Under the pieces are notes generated by a model that was not told the DNA's origin, searched no databases, and was given only the letters and a program-made list of their open reading frames with translations. A program made the translations under genes and the position numbers. This document shows, one piece after another, positions 9,464-18,589 of a DNA stretch of 44,870 nucleotides (positions are counted from its first letter, which is position 1; each line of letters starts with the position of its first letter). The DNA comes from Blastocatellia bacterium (lineage in GTDB: Bacteria; Acidobacteriota; Blastocatellia; RBC074), in assembly GCA_049318845.1 (NCBI GenBank), contig JBMOFH010000002.1, positions 1 to 44,870 of the forward strand. The letters are read 5' to 3'.

Positions 9464-10489
9464 TTAAAGCGCCAATTCGGCCATGGTGCGAAGGGCATCG
9501 ATATCCCAGGTGCCACAAATCATGGTCGTGATACCACAATTTTTCCAGGCTGTGAGCCGTTCAGCAACCCGTTCACGTGGTCCACAGAGCGCCACCTCGT
9601 CGACGAAGCGATCAGGAACAGCCATTGCCGCCTCGGCCTTGCGCCCGGCAAGGAAGAGGTCCTGGATCGTGTTGGCGGCCTCTTCATAGCCATATCGACA
9701 GGCGAGATTGAAATAGAAGTTCTTGTCGCGCGCCCCCATGCCACCGACGTAGAGGGCAATGAAGGGTTTGACCATATTGCGACAAAGTTCAAGGTCGTCA
9801 CCGATTACGACCTGGACGGTCGGTGCGATGTCGAAAGCGGTGATATCGCGATCGGGGCCGGCCTTCGCAAACCCCTCATCGAGCCATTCGCGATAGATCG
9901 ACATCCGATCGGGAGAAAAGAGTATCGGAAGCCACCCATCAGCAACCTCGGCAGCGAGCGCGACATTTTTGGGGCCGATGGCGGCGAGGTAGATCGGGAT
10001 CGACGGCCGTTGCGGGTGCATGATCAACTTGAGCGGCTTGCCAAGACCACTCCCATCCTGCACCGGGATGTCGTAATGTTCACCGTGAAACTGGAGTGGC
10101 TCCTCGCGTCGCCATACTTTGCGAAGGATCTCGACGTACTCGCGCGCGCGCGTAACGGGCTTGCCATAATGTACACCGTGCCACCCCTCGACCACCTGTG
10201 GACCGGAAGCGCCAATACCAAGGAGCATTCGGCCACCGGTCAGGAGGTCGATCGTCGCTGCAGTCATGGCGGTCATTGCCGGCACGCGCGCGGTCATCTG
10301 CATAATCGCAGTTCCAACATTGATCTTCTCTGTCTTCGCGGCCAGCCAGACGAGCGGAGAGACTGCGTCAGAGCCGTAGGCTTCGGCGGTCCAGACCGAA
10401 TGGTATCCAATGCGGTCGGCCTCCCTCGCGAGGGCGACATAGTCGACCGGCACCGATCCCCAGTATCCACAATTCAACCCGAGTCGCAT
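9464..10489 (-). CDS. LLM-class (luciferase-like) oxidoreductase, probably F420-dependent
   Basis: [11 protein letters not shown]...[35 protein letters not shown] is typical of LLM TIM-barrels. F420 dependence is inferred only from adjacency to cofCD. Confidence 0.8.
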   Translation of the reverse strand: MRLGLNCGYWGSVPVDYVALAREADRIGYHSVWTAEAYGSDAVSPLVWLAAKTEKINVGTAIMQMTARVPAMTAMTAATIDLLTGGRMLLGIGASGPQVVEGWHGVHYGKPVTRAREYVEILRKVWRREEPLQFHGEHYDIPVQDGSGLGKPLKLIMHPQRPSIPIYLAAIGPKNVALAAEVADGWLPILFSPDRMSIYREWLDEGFAKAGPDRDITAFDIAPTVQVVIGDDLELCRNMVKPFIALYVGGMGARDKNFYFNLACRYGYEEAANTIQDLFLAGRKAEAAMAVPDRFVDEVALCGPRERVAERLTAWKNCGITTMICGTWDIDALRTMAELAL

Positions 10490-10535
10490 TGCAAACTCCT
10501 CTCAGCCCCGGTCCGGAGCCGTTCAGTGGATTTTG

Positions 10536-11384
10536 TTACCGGACTTTTTGGAGCAGGCTCCGGGCCTCCGTGAGCTCGACCTGATCGATCATCCGGCCAT
10601 TGAAGAGTGCCGCCCCACGTCCGCGCGCAAGGGCCGCTTCCATTGTGACGATGATACTCTCAGCCTCTGCAATCTGCACTGGCGTCGGAGTAAAGACTTC
10701 GTTGATGACTGCCAGCTGAACCGGATGGGTAGCTGCTTTTCCATCATAGCCAAGCTGACGGGTCGCAAGGCAGCGCCGACGGACACGGTCGAGATCCTGA
10801 ACAGCTCCATCAGCCGAATCGTACGCCTTGATCCCGGCGGCACGTGCCGCCATCAGCAGATGCGAGCGGGCCATCAGAAGCTCTGGTTCGTCGTCTGTCA
10901 GCTCACTGCCAAGCTCACGGGCAAGATCCGACGCCCCAAACATCAGGCCGGTCACCAGACCATTCGACTCTGCAATCGACCGTGCAGCAAAGATTCCACG
11001 CGGTGTCTCGATCAGACAAAGAATCTGCGCCCGCTGCCGATCATCCGATTTGTGGAGCCGTGCATTGATGACCGCGGCGATCGACGTCACATCATCGACC
11101 GCTTCGATCTTTGGAATGATTATCCCGCGCGCTCCACCCGAGACCGCGGCTCGCACATCTTCAAGCCCCCACTCCGTCCGGAGCGAATTTATCCTGACAA
11201 ATACCTCACGACCAGAAAAATCGACCTCACGCAGAATCTGTGAGACAGTCGATCGCGCGTCGATCTTCTGCTCTGGCGCAACCGCATCCTCAAGGTCGAG
11301 AATCAGCGCGTCCGCTTCCGACTCCTGTGCCGTGAGGATCATTTTGATCGAACTCCCTGGCACAAACAAAAGACTTCGAAACAT
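10536..11384 (-). CDS. HpcH/HpaI aldolase / citrate-lyase beta-subunit-like (CitE family) lyase
   Basis: MFRSLLFVPGSS......ADALILDLEDAVAPEQK and ...IETPRGI.. motifs. Confidence 0.8.
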   Translation of the reverse strand: MFRSLLFVPGSSIKMILTAQESEADALILDLEDAVAPEQKIDARSTVSQILREVDFSGREVFVRINSLRTEWGLEDVRAAVSGGARGIIIPKIEAVDDVTSIAAVINARLHKSDDRQRAQILCLIETPRGIFAARSIAESNGLVTGLMFGASDLARELGSELTDDEPELLMARSHLLMAARAAGIKAYDSADGAVQDLDRVRRRCLATRQLGYDGKAATHPVQLAVINEVFTPTPVQIAEAESIIVTMEAALARGRGAALFNGRMIDQVELTEARSLLQKVR

Positions 11385-12116
11385 CTATTCTCCTTGATTA
11401 GCCCTCGTCCTGTCAGACCATCGCCGGACGGTGATCGACCACGAAAGTATCATATAAAGCGCTGGAAACGCGGCCGATGCCAGAATCACCGGACCCGGAT
11501 CACTGAAGATCCCCGTGACGATCAATATCAACAACATCACCCAGATCAGACAGGTGGCTCTTGTCAATCGACTATAATGCCCACGATAGGACGGATACAA
11601 ATAAAATGACGGAACGAAGGTCAGTATCGAAAGAAGCAGAATGATCACCAGACTCAGCCAGACCGGTGGACTCAACCAGTAGAGATAGATTGCCACAACA
11701 TTCCAGTAAGACGGAAACCCTAAAAAAAGGTGATCATCCGTCTTGGCCTCTGTCTGGGAGAAACCGTAGAGGCTTGCAAGCAGCGGGACGACCAGCCACC
11801 ACCCATACGATTCCGGAACCACCCCTGCACGCCACATAAAGAGTATTGGAAGCGAAGTATAGGTCTGGTAATCGATGATGTCGTCCAGTCGTCGCCCATC
11901 AAATCCGGGCAAGACCTCCCTGACACGCCAGCGCCGCGCAAGAGCACCATCGGTGGCATCGATCAGCGTCGCGAGGATCATCATTCCAATCGCCGTCCGA
12001 AAAGCGGACTCCCCACCGCGAATGATCATCACCGCCATGACGGCGGCGACGACAATTCCCGTCGCCGTGTAAAGATGAACACTCCAGGCTTTAAGCTTCT
12101 CCACGGTCGAAGGCAT
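11385..12116 (-). CDS. pcs: Phosphatidylcholine synthase (CDP-alcohol phosphatidyltransferase)
   Basis: AWSVHLYTATG, LIDATDGALARRWRVREVLPGFDGRRLDDIIDYQTY, KTDDHLFLGFPSYWNVV and LSILTFVP blocks match rhizobial Pcs as I recall it. The ATG at 12116 is used because the track start at 12302 would overlap the upstream symporter. Confidence 0.85.
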   Translation of the reverse strand: MPSTVEKLKAWSVHLYTATGIVVAAVMAVMIIRGGESAFRTAIGMMILATLIDATDGALARRWRVREVLPGFDGRRLDDIIDYQTYTSLPILFMWRAGVVPESYGWWLVVPLLASLYGFSQTEAKTDDHLFLGFPSYWNVVAIYLYWLSPPVWLSLVIILLLSILTFVPSFYLYPSYRGHYSRLTRATCLIWVMLLILIVTGIFSDPGPVILASAAFPALYMILSWSITVRRWSDRTRANQGE

Positions 12117-12160
12117 CAAGTTCTCCGTAAAATTCCAGGTGGTCGGTGACAATTGACCTG

Positions 12161-13711
12161 TCAGCCGATGAGGCTTCGTAATGGTTTTGGCGGATCGAGG
12201 CGTCCCGTCAGACGCGAGACTGCCGGAAGGATGACGAGCCCCGCCCCGGCGGCAATCGATTTGAACGGAAACAGCATCGCCCCGGTCGCAGCATCGTACC
12301 ATTCTCGTGGCTCGAGTGGCAGAAACGCCCCGAAGAGTTCTGGATAGGGTATGACTGGCGGCAGTCCGAAGAGCGGCTCCCCCCCGCCAATCCGCAGCAC
12401 CAGCGAAACAACAAAAGCGCTGATCGATCCGACACGGTTGGCACGCTGATCAAAGAGCGCCATCACCAACTGCGGAAAGAGCAGGACAAAGACGAGGTCA
12501 CTGGTAAAAAACCAGAGCGCCTGGACACTCCGCACCCTCAACGCCAGTATCACCGCCAGGATCCCGAAGATAAGAACCGCGCCACGAATCATCCGCCGGA
12601 TCTGCGCCGTCGAAAGATTGGGACGGATAAGGCGGTGAACGCCATTCCAGCTAACCATCGAAGCGGCCGATAGGATCGACGAACTGAAACTGGAAGTGAC
12701 TGCACCGACGATCGCTCCAAACCCAAGCAGCATTACCAGCGGCGGCGTCAGATGCTGGAGAACCATCGGCAGAGTCTCCGCCGGCTGACTCCGCAACCGC
12801 TCGAGCATTGCCGCCGGCCAGTCGTGCCGAAAGGCCGCAACCCCAAGCAACAGCGGCGGCAAAGTCAATCCGATCGTCAGCACCCCGGCGAAGATCGAAT
12901 GCCAGCGGGCAAGACGCGCCGTTCGACACGCCAGGACTCTTTGAAAATAACAGTTCCACGGAATCCCGCCCAACATCAGCATCAGACTGACATCCCACCA
13001 TCCCACCAGTGCCGGCAATGTCCAGAAATTTCCACTCGGCGAGGTCGGAGGCAGCAGCAGTCCACGATCTGCCCGCGCGGCAAGATAGCCCTCGATCGCC
13101 ACCCCCATCCCACCAACCGATTCAAATACGAATGGCAACGCCACCAGCAGTCCGATGACGACCAGTCCCAGTTGCATCGCATCGGTATACGCAACCGACC
13201 ACATGCCACCAACCATCGTGTAGAGAATGACAACCACCGCAGAAATCAGGATTCCGGCAACCAGTGGATAGCCAAGCAGAACGCTGAAGGTTGAACCGAT
13301 CGCGACCAGCAACTCAGCGCTCCAGAAGAGCTCTGCCAGAACCGCCGGCAGGAAGAGGACCACCGCCCAGCGCTTTCCAAATCTCACCTCGAACGGATCG
13401 ATGAGGGTCGTGAAGGAGAGCTCACGCATTCGCCGCGCAAAGAAGATCCCACCCAGAATCAGGCTGATCCCAAAGAAGAGTCCACCCTGAATCCCGGAAG
13501 CGAGCGATGTCTTGTAGGCTCCCTCGGCCGTCCCGAGCAGATACCCCCCATCGACCCAGGTTGCCGTCATCGTCAGTGTCGCCAGCCAGAGCGGCATCGC
13601 ACGCCCGGCAACCAGCAGATCCGCCGGGCTCCCATCACGAACCTTCCGCGCCGCCAGCCAGCCGAGCAGCAAAAATAGCGCGTAGAGTGTGATCAATGTC
13701 AGTAGTGTCAT
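12161..13711 (-). CDS. Sodium:solute symporter, high-affinity choline transporter (CHT1/SLC5A7)-like
   Basis: TMTATWVDGGYLLGTAEGAY, LILGGIFFARRMR, LYTMVGGMWSVAYTDAMQL, LMLGGIPWNCYFQRVLA, SSILSAASM, FPQLVMALF and LRIGGGEPLF parallel the conserved blocks of animal CHT1 as recalled. Confidence 0.85.
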   Translation of the reverse strand: MTLLTLITLYALFLLLGWLAARKVRDGSPADLLVAGRAMPLWLATLTMTATWVDGGYLLGTAEGAYKTSLASGIQGGLFFGISLILGGIFFARRMRELSFTTLIDPFEVRFGKRWAVVLFLPAVLAELFWSAELLVAIGSTFSVLLGYPLVAGILISAVVVILYTMVGGMWSVAYTDAMQLGLVVIGLLVALPFVFESVGGMGVAIEGYLAARADRGLLLPPTSPSGNFWTLPALVGWWDVSLMLMLGGIPWNCYFQRVLACRTARLARWHSIFAGVLTIGLTLPPLLLGVAAFRHDWPAAMLERLRSQPAETLPMVLQHLTPPLVMLLGFGAIVGAVTSSFSSSILSAASMVSWNGVHRLIRPNLSTAQIRRMIRGAVLIFGILAVILALRVRSVQALWFFTSDLVFVLLFPQLVMALFDQRANRVGSISAFVVSLVLRIGGGEPLFGLPPVIPYPELFGAFLPLEPREWYDAATGAMLFPFKSIAAGAGLVILPAVSRLTGRLDPPKPLRSLIG

Positions 13712-13812
13712 AATCGAGCAGAAACCTTCCCGGCCACCCGCAGGTCAAATATCAATCGTAGTTGCTTACCCGTTGGAGTTGGACATTCTGCCGCCTCGTA
13801 ACATCAATCTGG

Positions 13813-13840
13813 TTGCCAGCTCATTGCCAGCTCATTGCCG
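13813..13840. repeat. 11 bp tandem repeat x2.5 (TTGCCAGCTCA)
   Basis: Read directly in the spacer upstream of the symporter gene. Confidence 0.7.
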
Positions 13841-13901
13841 GGACCAGCCGTGGAGCAGACTATCTGCCGTGGATGTGTCGTGACCCACCCTGTTTCTCAT
13901 T

Positions 13902-16151
13902 TCAGGTCACTTTCCTGGCGATATTTTCCAGCCGGGCCTCGATGAACCGCACATCTTCAGCTGCTAATCGACGGTTGCCGAAGCGTACCTGCTGATACAG
14001 GAGTGTTATCTCGGCGACGCCGTCGAGCGGCACCGTCGCGGCAAATTCAGCCGGTGTCTGGCCCGGTGCGCGATGATAGCCTCGCTGGTGAAGAATCTTC
14101 AGCATTTCACGATAAAAGTGGACCGCCGAATCCGCTGCGTCACGACTCGATCGCCGCCGTTGGAGACCAGCCAATCGCCGCCGAAAAATGGCAAGTAGCA
14201 GAATAATCACGACGATCGCGCCAGCCAGCAGACGCGCGCGCCAACCCACTCCGGCTCGACCGGCCACCTCAGCACCAGTGTCATTGGTGCTGGCACCGAC
14301 CGGACTCCGAAAAGCACCGGCCCGCCACGCTTCAGCCTGCCGGACAATCCCTGCCATCAAGTCTGCCCAGCGAGACGGATTCTGATTCTGGTAAGACGCC
14401 AGTCGACGACGAAGCCCGACCGCCATCGCAATCTGCTTCGATGTATCGAACCCAACCACCTTCTCGAACCAGAACATCTCGACCGCTTCGCGATAATGGC
14501 GCAAAGTCGCCAGCCAGCCACTGTCATACGAACTCAGACCGGCCGCCGGCGTCGGCTCGAACGAAAACCAGCCCCGCGTCGGCCCCCAGGCTGGAAAGTA
14601 GACCTCGACCCACGAATGCGCATCCGACTGACGAACGGTGTAGATATCGACCGAATCGTTATACTCACCCATCTGAAAACCATTGACGAGGCGGGCAGGA
14701 ATTCCCACCGATCGAAGCATGAGCACCATCGCCGAAGCGAAGTATTCGCAATGCCCCTTTCGGACATTGAAAAGAAAATCGGCGACCGGATCGCCAGCTT
14801 CACCCCTTGTCATCTCGAGCGAATATCCGTACCCCGTCCGGAGGTGGCGCTCGATCGCCAGCACCTTTTCATATTGCGTTGGCGCCCCGCGAACGATACT
14901 CTTCGCCAGCTCCCCGACCCGGCGATCGAAACCCTCCGGCAACTGAAGATAACGCTCCCGGATCTCCCCGGAATAGTCGCTGGAATTGTCTGCCAGAAGC
15001 TCACTCGGCGTCGGACGATGGATATCCGAGTAGACGCGGTAGACCAGTTTGCCGCCCGGATGGGGTGTCGCCCAGAGCCCATCCCCCTCATCCCGCATCA
15101 GCCCGGCGAGTCCAACGACAAAGATCGGGGTCGGCGCTGCAAAGACGGTACTAATATTGAGCGGTTCGAGGAAAACTTCCTGGTCGGCCACTTCCGGCGC
15201 AGATGCCGGTCGCGTAATCGCAAAGAAATTCTCTGCCTTTCGGACAAGCCGACTTCTCGTGCCCGACTGAACCCAGTTTCGACCATCGTAACGGTCAAGC
15301 GTCACCCCCCGCCAGCGGAGAACTCGCGCGCCCACGCCGCGCGGAAAACGAACCCTCACCCGCATGACAATCTCAGGGTTGAGCTTGATCTGCCCAACCT
15401 CCCCCAATCGTACATTGTCGGAGAATCCGGTCAACGTCTCTGTTGCCAGAATGCCATGCCGTGATGCCCCCTGCGAAACCCGCGGCAAAATCAGAAATAT
15501 TGGAACTGCCAGCGGCAGAATCACCAGCAGGATCAGCAGAGAATAGCCCGGAAGTATCCTAATCCCCGGCCGAACCCCGCTCTCTATCCCTCGCCGCCAC
15601 CCCTGCCATCCCAGCTTCAGGATCCGGCGACGGTATTGGATCTTCAGTGACGAAGTTTCGCCCTCCCGGTGCTCGTCATCAAAAGACTGCTTCGATTGCC
15701 AGATTTCGTGCGCGATCAGCGCCGGAATCGCAACCAGCAGATAGATGGCGAGCAAAAGCAGAAACTCCGGCCCCATCATCATCCCGGCAACCATGATCAT
15801 CTGACAGAATGAGACGACGTGCAGCCAGAGCCAGTCGCGCGCCGTTTTGCGCCGCAACATCTTGAGCGTCGTCGTGAAGAGCACAAAATGGATGATCATC
15901 CGCGCCGGTGAATATTGAAGGATCCGCCACTCGAAGATCACGAACAGCAGATAGGCCAGAATCAGTCTATTTGCCAACCGCGACGAGATCTGGCCATTAA
16001 TCTTCCGATGATCAATCAGCCAGGAGACAGCGATCACTCCGGCAAAGAGCAGAATCACGACCGGCTCGATCTGGCGCGTCGCACCCAGTGCAACGAAGGC
16101 AATCGTCAACAAAAGATAGGATGAGAGATGGAAGAATCGATCAAGGGTCAT
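13902..16151 (-). CDS. Transglutaminase-like membrane protein (TgpA/DUF3488-type)
   Basis: N-terminal polytopic region. Transglutaminase core KGHCEYFASAMVLMLRSVGIPARLVNGF...DAHSWVEVY. One C-terminal TM plus a DUF4129-like tail. Confidence 0.85.
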   Translation of the reverse strand: MTLDRFFHLSSYLLLTIAFVALGATRQIEPVVILLFAGVIAVSWLIDHRKINGQISSRLANRLILAYLLFVIFEWRILQYSPARMIIHFVLFTTTLKMLRRKTARDWLWLHVVSFCQMIMVAGMMMGPEFLLLLAIYLLVAIPALIAHEIWQSKQSFDDEHREGETSSLKIQYRRRILKLGWQGWRRGIESGVRPGIRILPGYSLLILLVILPLAVPIFLILPRVSQGASRHGILATETLTGFSDNVRLGEVGQIKLNPEIVMRVRVRFPRGVGARVLRWRGVTLDRYDGRNWVQSGTRSRLVRKAENFFAITRPASAPEVADQEVFLEPLNISTVFAAPTPIFVVGLAGLMRDEGDGLWATPHPGGKLVYRVYSDIHRPTPSELLADNSSDYSGEIRERYLQLPEGFDRRVGELAKSIVRGAPTQYEKVLAIERHLRTGYGYSLEMTRGEAGDPVADFLFNVRKGHCEYFASAMVLMLRSVGIPARLVNGFQMGEYNDSVDIYTVRQSDAHSWVEVYFPAWGPTRGWFSFEPTPAAGLSSYDSGWLATLRHYREAVEMFWFEKVVGFDTSKQIAMAVGLRRRLASYQNQNPSRWADLMAGIVRQAEAWRAGAFRSPVGASTNDTGAEVAGRAGVGWRARLLAGAIVVIILLLAIFRRRLAGLQRRRSSRDAADSAVHFYREMLKILHQRGYHRAPGQTPAEFAATVPLDGVAEITLLYQQVRFGNRRLAAEDVRFIEARLENIARKVT

Positions 16152-17431
16152 CTCTCGCTCCCCTTTCGGATCACACCAGAGTCTGCAAATTCAGCCGGTA
16201 CCCGATCATACGAAATGAAATGGACCCTGTTCTGACTGACTGTTTCACTCGAATCGACTATTTTCAATTCTGGCTGGCCTGACTGACTGGGCCCGATCAG
16301 GATGACCAGACCATCGTTCGGTTTCAGTATCTTTTCAATATCACTCTGACGCTCAATATTACCCTGACGCGGCAACTCGGAGGGATGCAAACGATGGCGG
16401 TGCAACTTCTGAAGAGTCCGATGCAATCGACTCGCGACAAGAGCATCTTTGCTGACTGGCAGACGCGCGAGCAGATCGAGGATCGATAACAACTGCGCCT
16501 GCCCGCTGGCAAAAGGGATGACAGATCCCTCCCGATGGCCTGAAATTATAAGCCGCACGGCCGCCCCCTCACCAATGAGATTATCGGCAAGGCTCGCCGC
16601 CAGAACGATCGCCGCCTCATACTTCTCGTCATTCAAACTGGCACCATCCGGCCTGGCACCATCCGGACCTTGGACACGGAATACGATCGTCACCCGCCAA
16701 TCGTCATCACGGGCGTGCTCGCGAACCATCAGCTGTCCCGTCCTCGCAGTCGCTTTCCAATCAACCCGCTGGTGATGGTCGGTCCGGAGCGACTGCCGTA
16801 TCCCGTAAAGATCGCTCCCACTCCCCTTCTGACGGCTCTCCTCGCGGCCATACTCGAGCGGCAGAAGCTCGATAAAATCGGCCAATGGACGCGGCGCCGG
16901 ATAGACTATCAGCTCTCCATCGATCGCCATCCGGCGGCGATGCTCGAGAATCCCGAACGGAAACCGTGTCTCGAGACGGAGCGCGCTGAAACGGTAGAGG
17001 CCTCGCCGCCTGAACCTCCGACCGATGCTGACCTCCGCCTCGGTCCGCCCCGGCAGTATTGGCAGATACCCAAGCGTCAACAACTGGCTCTTCCGGCTTC
17101 CCGGCCGACTCTCAACCAAATTGATAGACTGCGAGATGACCGGAAAAAGACCACGCCGATTCCTGATCGTCAGGTCGAAAATCGCCTCCTCACCCGTCCT
17201 GACTCCACTGGGATGCCGAAGCCTGACGTCGATCCGGCTCAGAATGAGGCGCGAGGCGAAGAGCGAAAAGATTCCGGTCGCCAGCAGTACCGACACCAGC
17301 AGGTAGAGGAGGTTGTTTCCACTCGAAAGCGCAAGCAAAGTTACCAGCATCGCCAATATCGAAAAGAGCATCCCAGCCGGCAAGACCTGGAGCGAATAAC
17401 GCGATCGACCTGACGCGGAAATGGTTGGCAT
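16148..17431 (-). CDS. DUF58 domain protein
   Basis: Two N-terminal TM helices. The motif RVDWKATARTGQLMVREH is typical of DUF58. Its stop overlaps the downstream tgpA-like start by 4 bp. Confidence 0.8.
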   Translation of the reverse strand: MPTISASGRSRYSLQVLPAGMLFSILAMLVTLLALSSGNNLLYLLVSVLLATGIFSLFASRLILSRIDVRLRHPSGVRTGEEAIFDLTIRNRRGLFPVISQSINLVESRPGSRKSQLLTLGYLPILPGRTEAEVSIGRRFRRRGLYRFSALRLETRFPFGILEHRRRMAIDGELIVYPAPRPLADFIELLPLEYGREESRQKGSGSDLYGIRQSLRTDHHQRVDWKATARTGQLMVREHARDDDWRVTIVFRVQGPDGARPDGASLNDEKYEAAIVLAASLADNLIGEGAAVRLIISGHREGSVIPFASGQAQLLSILDLLARLPVSKDALVASRLHRTLQKLHRHRLHPSELPRQGNIERQSDIEKILKPNDGLVILIGPSQSGQPELKIVDSSETVSQNRVHFISYDRVPAEFADSGVIRKGSER

Positions 17432-17466
17432 GAAACGATCCCTGATAGTCAGCGATTGCCCGAATC

Positions 17467-18414
17467 TCAGATCGGAACGGAGACGTTGGCGAGAATATCA
17501 TTCAACAACTGTCCGGCCTCGTCGCGACCACGCGGAGTCCTGACATACCGCTGATTGATCACCAGACGATGGGCGAAGACCGGAATCACCAAATGTTTAA
17601 AGTCGTCCGCGATACAGTAATCCCGCCCCTCGAGCAGTGCGCGTGCCTGCGCCGCCCGAAAGAGCGTCAGCGAACCACGCGGACTGACGCCAAGGTCGAG
17701 CATCTCGTGATCTCTTGTCCTGGCGACGATCTCCATCAGATAGTCGATCAGCAGATCACTGACGCTGATTTTTCGCACCTCCTCCTGCAGCCGTATCAGA
17801 TCGTCGGCGTGGAGGACCGGTTTTAGCTGATCGATCGGATGGCTGAGCGCCTGTCGACGCAGAATCGATTTCTCCTCTTCGACTGCCGGATATCCAAGCC
17901 GGATACGCATCATGAATCGATCGAGCTGCGATTCGGGAAGTGGATAGGTGCCGTGATGCTCGACCGGATTCTGCGTCGCCAACACCATAAACGGCCGCGG
18001 CAAATCATACGTTCGGTTCTCGATCGTCGCCCGCCCCTCGGACATCGCCTCGAGAAGGCTGCTCTGCGTCTTTGGCGTCGTCCGGTTGATCTCGTCCGCA
18101 AGAATGATGTTGGCGAAGATCGGCCCCGCCCTGAACTCGAACTCACCCTGGTGCTGATTAAAAATGGAGACACCGACAATATCGGACGGGAGCAGGTCAC
18201 TCGTAAACTGGATCCGCTGAAAGGTACAGTCGAGGGAACGCGCAATCGCCTGCGCCAGCGTCGTCTTTCCAACACCGGGGACATCCTCGAGGAGCAGATG
18301 ACCACCGGCCAGCAACGTGACCATCGCCAACCGTACCGATTCGGTCTTCCCCCGTATCACACTCTCAATGGACTGCTGCAGATGATGCAGCCGATCTGGC
18401 GTGCCTGTAATCAA
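17467..18414 (-). CDS. MoxR-family AAA+ ATPase
   Basis: LLEDVPGVGKTTLAQAIARSL (Walker A), ILADEINR (Walker B), 315 aa. It is the first gene of the MoxR-DUF58-TgpA arrangement. Confidence 0.9.
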   Translation of the reverse strand: MITGTPDRLHHLQQSIESVIRGKTESVRLAMVTLLAGGHLLLEDVPGVGKTTLAQAIARSLDCTFQRIQFTSDLLPSDIVGVSIFNQHQGEFEFRAGPIFANIILADEINRTTPKTQSSLLEAMSEGRATIENRTYDLPRPFMVLATQNPVEHHGTYPLPESQLDRFMMRIRLGYPAVEEEKSILRRQALSHPIDQLKPVLHADDLIRLQEEVRKISVSDLLIDYLMEIVARTRDHEMLDLGVSPRGSLTLFRAAQARALLEGRDYCIADDFKHLVIPVFAHRLVINQRYVRTPRGRDEAGQLLNDILANVSVPI

Positions 18415-18589
18415 ACGATCCTCGCGATCTTAAATCAATCGAAGTGGTGGCAGTGCCCTTAATCACTCGCGACCGTCGAAAATCTTCGGGTTGGCAGACC
18501 ATCAGATTATGCCCCCCGACCTGGCCCCCCCTCCACCCCTGGCCATTTCGACTTTAACACGATCCGCAACGTCAAATAAACCGTCGATT

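Noticed and set aside
12117-12302. Upstream start for pcs (track start 12302)
   Set aside because: It would overlap the symporter 3' end by 142 nt and add a non-homologous Arg/Gly-rich leader. The ATG at 12116 gives a 243 aa protein matching Pcs length.
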